This document shows positions 11,227 to 23,146 of a stretch of 61,612 bases of DNA, one piece after another. The first letter of the stretch is position 1. Every line of letters begins with the position of its first letter. This DNA comes from Chara braunii (taxonomy: Eukaryota > Plantae > Charophyceae): positions 6,564,188 through 6,625,799 of the forward strand of contig BFEA01000009.1 in assembly GCA_003427395.1 (NCBI GenBank), given 5' to 3'. The translations under genes were made by a program, and so were the position numbers. Under the pieces are notes generated by a model that was given only the letters and a program-made list of their open reading frames with translations, did no database searches and was not told where the DNA came from.

Positions 11227-11475
11227 CGCTGTTTAGACCAAAAGGTCGTCCTGTCCAGATTCTACAGGTAATGGAAGTGCTCGGGCTTGAGTGAGGGCAT
11301 ACTCCCACATGCTAGGACTTTTTCAACTTATCTATTGACATAATTGCAGTCAGGTGCATCCCGGACAACCTCTAAAAGAGGCCAGATGCGTACAGGGAAG
11401 TCCTTGTAAGAGTATGGCCTAAGCTATCATTGCTGGGTGAATTGTGTTTTGGCTACCCAACCAACTTGAACTTAG

Positions 11476-12983
11476 GGGCTCGTTCGACACTCCTTGGGCC
11501 GTCCTCGGGACCCAAGGAAATTCTCCCATAGTCGCCCAAGGAAATTCCCGTCGTCGTTTCACTCATCCTCAGAATTCTTCCCCGAGGACGATTCCTCGGC
11601 CCTCGGGGCCTTCCACGGCCAGTTTCATATATCGACAAGCGGGCGTGGGGGGGGGGGGGGCGAGGTTGGTCCAGCAAGGTGTGTTCGTACCGACGTCGTT
11701 GGTTCATCTCGGGTGGGCGTCGCGAATTCGAAAGTGGGCGGCGGAAAAAAAAAAATGGCCGCGAAAAAGGCGCATAGTCCCGGATTCGAAATTTGAAATT
11801 CGAATTTTCGCAAGCGAGTGACGACGGCGTGGGCGTCCCTTGTGGCTGACGGCAGCAATGTTCCTCGGTGGAAGCGTTTGGATACGGGGTGGCGGTTGCG
11901 TGTCGGGGGGCATGCCGAACGTACATGTACACGTCCGAAGCAGCAGATGCGTCGTCACATGATCGCCATCGTTGTCGTCTTCGCAGGCGCACCTTTGTCG
12001 TCAACGTGTACGCCATGGACTCCGGTCGTCACTCGCAGCATCGTTGTTGTGCGCCCAGACACACATGGAGTCTTCTGTACTTGGCGACACCCACGTCGAC
12101 AGTACCAGTTTCGGCGATGGACATGAATGGGGAGGCGGGCCGTGACACACTAAGAAAGGCGGAGAGGACGGCGGTGGCAGCGGCCGTGAACGCCATCCTC
12201 TTCCGGTGTCAATTGCAAAGGAGCGATGGGAGGATGAGAGCGGCCATTTGTGCACGGAGGAAGAAGACGATGCAATCCATGAATGTGGACGTTGAGGACA
12301 CTGATGCCATTTGCGACGCCGTGCTGCAGGTGTGCTAGGCCATGGGGTGTGGAGCGTTTCCCCGAGCGACGCCCAGGTGGTGGATGAAGCGATGGACAGG
12401 GGGGACGTGGGAGGATCTGCGACAAGGCGATGACGCGACGACCGACTACTTCAAGGACAAGCTGCGCATGTCGCCATGTGTGTCCCGAGAGATCGCGGAA
12501 GCTCTGTCTCCCTTCCTTCAACAGCGTGTCACTTTCTATAGGGAGCCCCTCTAGCCTGACCACATTGTCGTGTACGCTTTGTATAGGTGGGCGTCGGGGG
12601 AGACATACGAGAGTGGGACATGCAGCTTCGACATTGGTAGATCTTTTGGGTTGTGCGTTGTGCGGGATGTAACTGCGGCATTGCTGAGTAACTGCCGACC
12701 GTTGGGCGCCTTGCCGCTCGGGGCCAAGGGCAGTGACGCAAGGCAGGCCCTTTTCAACGTCGCGGAGGCCGGCAGGACGCCAAAGGGGACCGTTGGCGGA
12801 CAATTCCATGACACCGACCGTTGCCGACCGAAGAAGTTTGTCCACGGGCCGCCGGGAACAGCAATGGACCAGCCGCATCGAAAATTGTCGTCGACAGAGC
12901 TGCCGTCGACGCCCCGATTCTTCCGGATGCTCGACCTCCAAGGGACCTCGGGAGGTCCCTTGGGGAACGTGTCGAAATGGCTG
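11476..12983 (+). mobile_element. Internally deleted PIF/Harbinger DNA transposon
   Basis: Imperfect 15-bp TIR (gggctcgttcgacac / gtgtcgaaatggctg), 3-bp TSD tag at 11473-11475 and 12984-12986, N-terminal transposase remnant inside. Confidence 0.8.
12117..12690 (+). pseudogene. Harbinger (HARBI1-like) transposase N-terminal fragment with in-frame stops; DDE core deleted
   Basis: PRWWMKR..GGTWEDL...YFKDKLRMS...REPL*PDHIVVYALYRWASGETYES...FDIGRS...VRDVTAALL matches the Harbinger HTH region. Confidence 0.75.
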
Positions 12984-14339
12984 TAGCCCAAGGAATCCCC
13001 GAGGGTTGCCTTTTGTCAATGTCTGGTTCGTTGGCCATCCTGTTCTGCAGTTCTTTGTACGCCGCCTGAGTGTTGGCAGCAATTGTGTCTATTATTGTTG
13101 ATCGAGCTTGCATGTAGCCATAATTATGTTGTTTCCTCTCGTAAGAGCAGCGCATCCTCCAGGATGTCATGAGCACGGTCAGTCTGGAGTATGCAAATAG
13201 ATTGGACGTGAACGGGGTCCACTCCACAGCCCCTGCTGGGGTGGCCTTTAGCAGGAGAGTGGCCACAAATTCAACTGGCTTGCTTAGCCCCTCCATCCCA
13301 CCCCCTCCGTGCATCCCTTCCAATGGCTAACAAACAAATGGTGGTCCATCCTTCGCGGCCCCCGATCAGACACTGATAACACACCCGCAGGTCATGCTAG
13401 GCAAGATCTGTGAGTGGATCCGTTGTGGAAAGCCATGCTTACCCTCTGGAGGGAAAGGGGTCCGGCCTAAACCCCGGTGCCACTCAAAGGGGAGGAAATA
13501 TGGCGTCAACCCTTGTTCGGCCATCCAGAAATTGTGGACCGCAATAGCCTACCCCTCTCCCTCAAGGGGAACTCCAATTGGAAACGATGGGTGGAGAAAG
13601 GAGTTTACAAGGTGGGGGGCATATGGGACATCCCCTCTCGGTCATGGGCTTCGGTGGATCAACTCAAGACTGAGACAGGCCAGATTGCAAACATGGCCCA
13701 GGCCTTACAGGAAATCCAAGAAGCAATCCCGTTGGCGTGGATCCGAATCCTTAAAATGGACCCCTGACTCGCTCAAGATGACTAGGTGGTCACGACAGAC
13801 TCCCTGGCCCTTCCCATGGTTCTGTACAATGTGCAAAATATCAGGGACCACCAGGTTTCACTTCGGGCTTACTGCCCGGCCATGCCAGGGGCCAGATGGT
13901 CAACACTGCATCGCCAAGAGGAACTAGATACACAGCTTCCTGCATCCTGTCTCACTACAATCAGGGTGGTGGGGAACCAAAAGGATGGTTTCTTCCAATA
14001 TGGACTCTCCACCCCATTGCAGTGCCTCTCATTCGACCCATCGGAATGGGAGTGGAAATGGGGGGGATCCCAAACAATGACTCTGTACCAATACACAGTG
14101 AAGAAGGGTCACAGAGCAGCGCGTAAACCAGTCAGAACTCTCGACCAAATCACCAAACGTTGGGAGCGGGATTCCCCCCTCAAAGTACAGGAATTTGACC
14201 TCTTCCGCTGGTCCGCATTCTCCCACATCCGACCGACCAGCGATAGAGCCCTGCAGTGGCAAATTATACACAGATGCCTACCTACCCCGGATTGGATTAC
14301 ATCACGAACGGACCAGCCATGTGCAAGGTTGCAGTTGGT

Positions 14340-14406
14340 TTTTGAACCCGCAACCTCATTCCACAATGCGCATTTCCAACCGGTGCTCTAACCACTGAGC
14401 CACATC
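14340..14406 (-). mobile_element. tRNA-like Pol III head (SINE fragment or tRNA pseudogene)
   Basis: Minus strand gtggctcagtggttagagca...gcgggttcaaa has A and B boxes but no clean cloverleaf. Confidence 0.55.
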
Positions 14407-14426
14407 AACTGGACTTATATTCACAT

Positions 14427-14477
14427 GCTCGGATCTATTTTCATGGGGAGCAGCACATACTGGGAACCGGGCCCAGC
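14427..14477 (-). other. Divergent copy of the LINE 3' module next to a gap
   Basis: Sense gctgggcccggttcccagtatgtgctgctccccatgaaaatagatccgagc. Confidence 0.7.
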
Positions 14478-15256
14478 TATCTGNNNNNNNNNNNNNNNNN
14501 NNNNNNNNNNNNNNNNNNNNNNNNNNNNNNNNNNNNNNNNNNNNNNNNNNNNNNNNNNNNNNNNNNNNNNNNNNNNNNNNNNNNNNNNNNNNNNNNNNNN
14601 NNNNNNNNNNNNNNNNNNNNNNNNNNNNNNNNNNNNNNNNNNNNNNNNNNNNNNNNNNNNNNNNNNNNNNNNNNNNNNNNNNNNNNNNNNNNNNNNNNNN
14701 NNNNNNNNNNNNNNNNNNNNNNNNNNNNNNNNNNNNNNNNNNNNNNNNNNNNNNNNNNNNNNNNNNNNNNNNNNNNNNNNNNNNNNNNNNNNNNNNNNNN
14801 NNNNNNNNNNNNNNNNNNNNNNNNNNNNNNNNNNNNNNNNNNNNNNNNNNNNNNNNNNNNNNNNNNNNNNNNNNNNNNNNNNNNNNNNNNNNNNNNNNNN
14901 NNNNNNNNNNNNNNNNNNNNNNNNNNNNNNNNNNNNNNNNNNNNNNNNNNNNNNNNNNNNNNNNNNNNNNNNNNNNNNNNNNNNNNNNNNNNNNNNNNNN
15001 NNNNNNNNNNNNNNNNNNNNNNNNNNNNNNNNNNNNNNNNNNNNNNNNNNNNNNNNNNNNNNNNNNNNNNNNNNNNNNNNNNNNNNNNNNNNNNNNNNNN
15101 NNNNNNNNNNNNNNNNNNNNNNNNNNNNNNNNNNNNNNNNNNNNNNNNNNNNNNNNNNNNNNNNNNNNNNNNNNNNNNNNNNNNNNNNNNNNNNNNNNNN
15201 NNNNNNNNNNNNNNNNNNNNNNNNNNNNNNNNNNNNNNNNNNNNNNNNNNNNNNNN

Positions 15257-15287
<31 letters not shown>

Positions 15288-15294
<7 letters not shown>

Positions 15295-15366
15295 CTTTTT
15301 TTTTTTCTTTCTTTTTTTAAGAATAGCCCCTGAGTAAGCCCACTATCCCCGCGGTGGTGAGAGAAC
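15288..15366 (-). mobile_element. Very short retroposed tail: A-rich tail plus half of the terminal hairpin
   Basis: gaatagcccctgagtaagcccactatccccgcggtggtgagagaac closely matches the tail of element D (3777-3822). Confidence 0.75.
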
Positions 15367-16258
15367 AGAAGTTATCTCACTTTGACCATCGGATGTATTT
15401 CAACATAAAGTACCATCAAAATACATATGAGGGTCCAAAAAAAATGAAACAAAATTGAGGTACATCCGATCATCGGGCTTCTTAACGACACCCGAGCATC
15501 AGATGGTCCGACGTCATGCAGACAAAAAAATGCTAAAAAATACTTTTTTTTTTCTTTTTTGTACACTCAATTTCGTGAATTAAAAAAAAAAATGTCAGTT
15601 TTAACGAAATGTCAGTTTTAACTTTTAACGAAATGTCAGTTGGTGGTTTAGGACTCTTCACCTCATGAAAGGAGGAAAATAAAGGAAAGGGTTTTTTTTG
15701 GGGGGGGAGAGAGGGGGGGGGGATGCGCGGGGGAAGGGTAAAGGATATAGAAATAGTCCATTCATGCCTATGCAAAGAAAACTACCTTCTTCAACCAAGT
15801 AAAAGGTCCTGTCATCTTCGCCTCATCTGGACTGAAAACTGGGCCAAATACAAGCATAATAATCAATGACATACCTTATATTGGGGGGAAGACAGTAGCC
15901 TAATCAGAGAACATCTAGGCCTCTTCTCATCCAAATCCAGACTCAGCAGTTGGACATCTGACTGCACAGCCACGTCCCTCTATACCGGGCTCCTTTTTGG
16001 GTTTGTGGGCCTGAGTAGGTTCCCTGTTCTCCAAAAGAACAGAGATTTGCATCAGCAGCTTCTTCTTTTTTTACTCGTACCCTACATTCTTCTTCTTAAA
16101 AAAAAAAAAAATAAGAAAAAAAAAAAAAAATTGTTTCAAATCCTTTTGCCTTTCATGGCCTGCCTACTCCTAAGGCTAGATAGAGGGGACCCCTGCAAGC
16201 ATAGCTACCCCTCACAGTGAACGAGATATTTCATGTTGCCCCTTGCCCTAGTGGTTAA

Positions 16259-16451
16259 ACCACCAGTACTTGGCCCAGCTAATGATGCCGAGCCGGGAAA
16301 CGCCCTGCACGCCAAGTTTTGCCGAACGGACGGCACCTCTTTTTGTTTCAATTTTGGCTGGCGCCTCCATCCATTGTGGTATGGTACCCCGAAGCCCATC
16401 GGTCGCGGCGCGTTAACGGGAACGCCCGCGGCCGGGCCAAGTACTGGTGGT
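16259..16451. mobile_element. TTAA-flanked MITE, copy 1
   Basis: TIR accaccagtacttggccc / gggccaagtactggtggt; flanks ttaa and tcaa. Confidence 0.85.
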
Positions 16452-16509
16452 TCAAGGGTACCCCGAAGCCCATCGGTCGCGGCGCGTTAACGGGAACGCC
16501 CGCAGCAGA

Positions 16510-17169
16510 GACGGGCCGGGGCCACCATTGAGGGTTCGGCTAGTGCAAAGACACAGCAGTTAGCCAAAAGCTGCACCTTTCTTTCCATGTTCCCCCACCC
16601 CCAATCGAGTAGCGGCAGTGTCTAATNNNNNNNNNNNNNNNNNNNNNNNNNNNNNNNNNNNNNNNNNNNNNNNNNNNNNNNNNNNNNNNNNNNNNNNNNN
16701 NNNNNNNNNNNNNNNNNNNNNNNNNNNNNNNNNNNNNNNNNNNNNNNNNNNACGCCCGCGGTAGAGACGGGTTGGGGCCACCATTGAGGGGTTCGGCTAG
16801 TGCAAAGACACAGCAGTTAGCCAAAAGCTGCACCTTTCTTTCCATGCTCCCCCACCCCCAATCGAGAATAGGCAGTGTCTAATAAGGCCAGCACTCTCCT
16901 ACACACCACACACAACCCACTCACGCTCACACTCACACCCTCCTGAAGGCTCACACCTCTGCTTTTTGGTGGTTGACAGAAGACCCTACTAAGACCGATC
17001 AGAGGTTTCAAGTGGACCTTTTTTTTTTTTTTTTAATTTAAACAAAGATACTCCAATCTGTATTCGTGGGGATATCACAGCTGGCTCTATGTGCGCCGCA
17101 GGCAGTCATAGGGCTTGAACCCACAACCTCCTTTTCGTCACTTGTGTGCCTAACCAACTGCGCCAGGCC
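16510..17169 (-). mobile_element. tRNA-headed SINE-like repeat, copy 2 (spans a gap; interrupted by a short LINE tail at ~17018-17084)
   Basis: Head ctggcgcagttggttaggcacacaagtg...gggttcaagccc (17106-17169) similar to 9152-9224; shared body. Confidence 0.65.
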
Positions 17170-18790
17170 AGTGAATCAACAGCAGCTTCGCACACCTTTT
17201 TTTTAACAGATTCCATTCTTAAAAAAAAAAAAAAAAAAAAAAAAGATTGATAATTGATTCCATTTTCTGACATAATAATTTGCAACCACCACGCTTGGCC
17301 GGCCAGGGGGAAAAAAGAAAAAAAAACACAACAGGGAAACGAAAAAAGAAATAGAGAAGAAATGCTGCAATGCTTGTTCTGGGCCGGCGAACATTGTTTA
17401 TGATGAGTCAAACTAACAGCAGCAGCAGTCAGAAGAGGTGCACTGCCATTCTGACTGACACACCTGCAAAAGCAGGAGCCCAACCTGTCAGTGACCTGCA
17501 AGCCAGTTAGCACACCGGTATCCCAACAGGGGGGGACCACCTCCACAGGTGCTACCAGTGCAGGCCACAGCCTGTAGGGTGTGGGTAGAAGAGCCTGCTG
17601 CACTTCGCCCATGTGGGTGCATGGCACGCATTCACTCTTAGTAAACAGAACATGCGTTCAAATCCCGATAGTGAAACAAGAGATGGATCATACTTCTTTT
17701 TTCTACGCCCCCCCCNCCNCCCNCCCCCCCNCCGTCAATCGGATAGACACAATAATGTGAGGCGCTACCCCCTTATTAATGTTCCTTTTTTTTTGTTTTT
17801 TTAAGTCAGCCTGCTGCTGAGGGCCTGAGACAGCACCTACCCCAACTAGCTCTCTCCTTTCCGACATTTCTTTTTACCGCATTATGTTCAAGGAAAAATA
17901 GCAGCACAGTGCAGAGGTTGATTTCGCAACTTGCCCGAATGCCCCTGTCAGAGCTGCATGTCAGAGATCAGATCATGTCAGAACGTACGTGGACAACAAT
18001 CGCGCCCGGGTGCAGCCATCCACATGCAACCACTGGACAAGCAGTTTGTTTGGTCTTTGCAAAAACTGATGGGAGTTCAAGTTGTCCCTCTCTCATAGAT
18101 GGCCCACTGCTTAGCTGCCTTGGAAAGGCAGAAAATGAGTGCACTAGAATGCAAAAGATGGTCAAGTGCATGCGATATACAAGAACAGATAGGGTTCCGT
18201 TAAATTCCGACAGGGGCAGGGTAGCCTAATAGCTGTTTTGCCCGGGGCAGGGTAGTCTTTTGCAATTTATTTATTTATTGTTTAATGAAGCTTTTAAAGT
18301 TTTAATATATTGCCATTTCTGATCTCCGCTTGCAGGCCAGTTCCCAATGGCAAAGAGGATTGGAGTTAATGCCGGAATCTGGACGTGTTTGTGGAGAGGT
18401 GCAGAAAATCGCTGTAGATCTGCTTTTCTGCATCTCTGCAGGCACTTAAATCCAATCCCCCTTGCAGGTGGGACCCTGCTCCAGATCTGACAAAACCACC
18501 AGGCCAAAAGCTCCTCAGGCCCCCCCCAAAAAAAAAAAAAAAAAAAAAAAACGAAAGCTCCCTAGGCCTGGGACAGGGCTTACCTGAATTATCCAATTGC
18601 CGGCCATAGATTTTTGTTTTTATTTTTTTTAATGTGGACCATTTCTATATTTATGCGTGTCATCTTGTGCGGTGCAATAATTCACATTTTAGCTGGGAAA
18701 CGGGCCCCGAGTCCCTTACATCATTCACTGCGGCCAAACGGGCTAAGCAAGGCACTCCCGCCCACCCAGACCTATCCCTTTGTTCGTTTG

Positions 18791-18828
<38 letters not shown>

Positions 18829-18835
18829 CCAAGGC

Positions 18836-20364
18836 TGATATTACCAATAAGAGGAATGAGGCCGGGGGCTACCGCAGCCCAACACAAACTTACAAGTACC
18901 AATCCCAATCACAACCCTAAAGTGAAACTCGCGATCCCTAATTAGAAAAAGTCAAATCTAATCTACGCCTTCACCAAACCACCGTCATTAAACAACCCTA
19001 GATTCTATCAAAATCCCAACCGCGCAACACACAGCCAACCAAAAACACAAAAGAAAGATACTCAATGGTCTCTTCCCACCTGCCCACGGACAAAATTCAC
19101 AAGTAATTCGCAAAATTCCAACTCTATACCCTAAAAAGTACCTCTAAACGGTAACCCTAACTAAAAACCAAATCAGCAAGGCTTCACTAAATTATCATCC
19201 CCCCTCCCGCCCCCCCCAAAAAAAAGAAACACGGGTAATGAACTAACCAACGGTCAAAGTCAACAAGTCATTCACAAAATTGAAATTCCCACTCTACACT
19301 CTACACACCTCTAATTATTAGCACCTCCAACTAAACACAAGCTAACAAATCTCTTCGCTAACCGTCCCAGAAACACGAAAGTAATGAACACCAACCCCAA
19401 CGAGGGAATATCACAACCCTAATTTAACGAATCACCAATCCACAAAATATGAATGATACACCCGAAACGACCGTGATTGATACTATTCTATACTCACAGT
19501 ACACATCCTAATGACCAGAAACCAAGAGAGCACAATCAAGAGTCTGTGAAAGCACCAAGACCTTTAAATAAGAGAAAAAAAATATTTTAAAAAAGCACCA
19601 AAGACCTGAGAATCCTGAGTAACACTGCACCCGAAGCAGGAGCACAATCATCAACACTGCACAACCCCAGTAGCAGCTTGAAACCCGTTGTCAGCGACGG
19701 TGGGCGATACTGGTCGCGGCATGAAGTCCGTTGTCTCTCTCCCAGAAGTCCACGTTGGTCCATGTACTCTTCGCACAGATAGAAACTGCAACCGCTGTTG
19801 CAACACAATCGTGCTCCTCCGTATCTGTAATCAAAGGGCAAAGCCCCTGATCAGGCAATAATACTGATATGTACGATGCGCCGATCCTGCCCGTTGACCC
19901 GCCCCACATCTCTGCCCTTCCTTCCATGGTCAATCGAGGATTACCAACTCTCGTCGGCCAAGATCAGGCTATGGCAGGTGTGCAATGACTTGCTAATTTT
20001 GACTGCCGAGATCTGTCTGCGAGGCTGTACAGTAGCAGCGGTAGGGTGGATTCGTAATTTTGTTTGTGTCAGGGACTAATCGAGAGTTCAGCGCTGAGGG
20101 AAAATCGTGAGGGACATATCTGCAATTTCGGGAAAATTATGGACGCGCTGTTCCTTAGACCGCACTGCGAATAGCAGGCCCGGACTATCACTAGGACGTG
20201 AGGCCCTAGGGCCTAAGCCCGTAGCATGAGAGCCTATAGCCATAGAGGCCCAAACTGAAACGGTACCGGTCGGTCCAGTCCGTGTCTAGGTCTAGATTAG
20301 TCTATTAATAGGTCTAGGTAGCTAGGGTGAGGACTTTTGGGGCTGTTTTCATTTTTGTGTGACA
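18836..20364 (-). mobile_element. Possible solo-LTR-like segment
   Basis: Minus strand starts TGTCACAC and ends TATCA, with distinct composition; no matching TSD, PBS or internal domain seen. Confidence 0.25.
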
Positions 20365-21527
20365 GCGTTCTGAGCCAAGCAAGTACAGTGGAGACGATTG
20401 CCTACTGGCAGCATCCTGAGACCTTCATCGTGGATGGCAGCCATAGCCAGCCTTCTGGAGCTCGCCACAGCTGGGGCGTCCCCTGAGCATCCACCCCTGG
20501 GGCTGCTTGCAAGCGGCGGGGTTATTCTGAGACTCTACATGGTGTTCATGGGTGGACCACTGCCGCTGCATCTTCCTCTTAGATCGTGAGTGGCATCTAC
20601 AGTGGCGCTGCAGCCATAGCTGCAGCTTTCTTGTCAGAGTTGCTCATCGGCACTGAGGGTTACATCACAGTTCCTGTTCTTCGTTTGGGTGGTTGGCGCA
20701 GACCTCTAGGAGGCTGATGTTGGGTGGCACTACTAACTGGGTGTAGTATAAGGAGTGGAGTGTGTGATCCTGTGGGTGGCGAGACACTTAGACAAACTCT
20801 GTAACGATATTGGTTCAGATCGGCTCAATCTCAGATTGTTCCTTTGTTATCCTCGCGGGTGTCTACTTGTGATTGGTTGTTGGGAGTACTGTCAGAGGGT
20901 GGGAAACACTTCGTATTATCTCCACACATGTGCATAGTGCTTTTCCGCTGCTTGTTCTGTTTGTGTGCAGTGTGTACTTTGTCTCCTCTCCCCTTCTTCT
21001 TATGCATGTACAGGGAAATGATGAGAGAGCAAGAGCAAGTGGAAGCTGAACTGAGAGTGGTGATAGCCCAGAGGCTGGCAACACAAACGAAATTCCCCCA
21101 AATGGACACTCCAATTCATGATGTCACATCAGATTCTGAATCGGACAGGGATCATGAAAGCACCCCGGGACTCGCCCTCTCAAGGGAGCAGCAGACACTA
21201 TTCCACCACCTGGTGGAACAATAGATGTATGAACTTCATACACAGCGAAGGAAACTGAACCACATGCAGTGTATACGGCCGTACGAATACAGGCCGTACA
21301 TACTCCCCTACTACCGTACGTATGGGCCCCAGCCCCCGATACGGGCTGTACGGGGTCGGGGCCCGTACGTACAGACTTTGGGCCCTCTGTACACAGCCTT
21401 CCGGAGGGGTGTTGGGGGGGTGGATGGGCTGGGGGGGGGTCGGATGTCGGGGGTTATCCCCCCCCATTCAAAAAAAATAAAATAAAATAAAAATCCTGTC
21501 TCGGGTGTAAAAAAAAAAAAAAAAAAA

Positions 21528-21702
21528 GATTGATTGATTGATTAATTGGTTGATTGATTGATTGATTGTTTGATTGATTGGTTGATTGGTTGATTGATTG
21601 TTTGATTGATCGGTTGATTGGTTAATTGATTGTTTGATTGTTTGATTGATTGATTGATTGATTGATTGGTCGATTGATTGATTGGTCGATTGATTGATTG
21701 GT

Positions 21703-21738
<36 letters not shown>

Positions 21739-21838
21739 CGTGGAAAAAACAAAACAAAAACAAAAGATCCATTCAAAAGATTGATCATTGATTGATTGAT
21801 TGATTGATTCGCAATGGGGGGGCCGCCTCCCCACCGCG

Positions 21839-21872
<34 letters not shown>
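21528..21872. repeat. (GATT)n microsatellite followed by (CA)n
   Basis: Direct reading. Confidence 0.95.
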
Positions 21873-21880
<8 letters not shown>

Positions 21881-22332
21881 CCCCCCAGGAGGCGGCCATG
21901 CGCGGCCTAGTGATATCACTACATTCCGCTATGGATATTCTGCAATATTTGTCTTTACCTGCGGTCACTGTGATATCCCCTCTGGGTTCGGCCGGTGATG
22001 CCGTCCCACGGCGGGAGCACAACAACATTGTTAAGGGACCCCGAGCCCTGTTCTCGGCTTGTAAAATAAAATCTTCTATATATATATATATTTATTTTTT
22101 TCTCTCACGTCACACATTTTATGGTTTTCCGCGGTCAATCAAACACAAGGTGGGAAGTGTTTGCTTATAGGGAATAAGGGCGGACAAGGGGGACTGTCCG
22201 GCTCTGGGTCTGGGAGAGATCAAAGGCAGAATATCATCTACTAGCGGTGGCAGAGTAGGACAGAGATAGCTTGAGGTAGGTTTTTGGGGGGAACAACCTT
22301 CTTTGAGGGGAGTAGGGTAGAGGGAGGCTTTC

Positions 22333-22680
22333 CTTTTTTCTTTTTTTTTCCTCGAAAAAACCGCATTGCAAGCCCACTATCCTGGTGGTGGTACGAGAAC
22401 CACTAGGATTGAGGCCTTGCCTGTAGGATTGAAGCCCACTATCTGCGTTTTTTCCTCGAAAAAACCGCATTGCAAGCCCACTATCCAGGTGGGGAGCTTC
22501 ACCTGCTGGAAATCGGGTCCAGCGTCCCATTGAATACACTCATTACACAGCAATGATCGCACGTATTGCTGGGTCTGTGAGGAACAACTCAACAACAGAG
22601 TGGTTCTGATTAGTGGAGGCAGCAAGGGAGAGGAGGGGTGGACAGGGGAGGGTCAATCAACATCAAGTATCATCATCATT
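22333..22680 (-). mobile_element. Short LINE 3'-end copy with duplicated/rearranged tail; same family as the tail at 29724-29915
   Basis: cgaaaaaaccgcattgcaagcccactatcc occurs twice; partial module 22488-22528; upstream flank attgaatacactcatt shared with 29878; right boundary approximate. Confidence 0.75.
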
Positions 22681-23093
22681 AACATCATCATCATCATCAT
22701 CATCAGCTTGGTTGTTTGCTCAGGATCCCACTATTAGCAGATCCAAATTCTTAGGTTACATTCTAGTCTAGCTGATTTCCTGATTGAGTTGTTATTGTGT
22801 TCTTGCCCAGGTTGAGTAGAAACCAGAACGATGCTGGCCGGCGCTCGGCATCGCCCTGTAACTTTTATAAGGAGCTTGAGGCCTTTGATAGAGATCTGGG
22901 GATTCGTGAGGGTGGAAGGCAATTACAATACTTGACCAAAGGCTACAATCTGGCCGACAAGGGTCGGCGCTGGGGTGGGTGGCGCTGCCCTGTAACCTAG
23001 CTAGATTGGGGTGTGAGACCGGGTAGAGGCTTTTTTTTCTTGCCAGTGTTAGTGCTGCTGATAAGAGCAGACAGCACTAACACCTGGAGGGGG

Positions 23094-23146
23094 GCTCCAT
23101 CTATTGGTGGGGAGCAGCACCTGCTGGAAAACGGGTCCAGCGTCCC
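23094..23146 (-). other. Conserved LINE 3' tandem-pseudoknot module
   Basis: Full consensus match. Confidence 0.85.

Larger units (their letters stand above)
6490..11240 (+). mobile_element. Heavily decayed L1/Tx1-type LINE (element E): RT to C-terminus, 3' UTR and module
   Basis: Fragments LHPSHTCFMQNKNIQ, VILFIDFEKAYDH (~6490-6650), DPIAPFLF, KHTSLFGRDLVINNVVLA, PKSQGGLDIIDP, WKIAHRCLPT; module 11174-11226; interrupted by a MITE and by SINE/other DNA at ~8900-9885. Confidence 0.85.
11280..14330. mobile_element. 5'-inverted LINE remnant (element F) split by a Harbinger insertion
   Basis: + strand 13310-14330 encodes WRQPLFGHP...LQWQIIHRCLPT; - strand 13270-12987 encodes the downstream part (EWTPFTSNLFAYSRLTVLMTSWRMRCSYER), homologous to 49179-49793; left boundary approximate. 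Confidence 0.75.

Noticed and set aside
14425-15333. Long ORFs containing X runs (also near 16.6, 28.0, 39.3, 50.9 and 61.0 kb)
   Set aside because: Open only because they cross scaffold gaps
20844-21224. Possible host exon (pyrimidine tract, AG, then MMREQEQVEAEL...)
   Set aside because: No recognisable domain or partner exons; cannot be supported from sequence alone
21468-22028. NQSI-repeat ORFs
   Set aside because: Translations of the (GATT)n microsatellite
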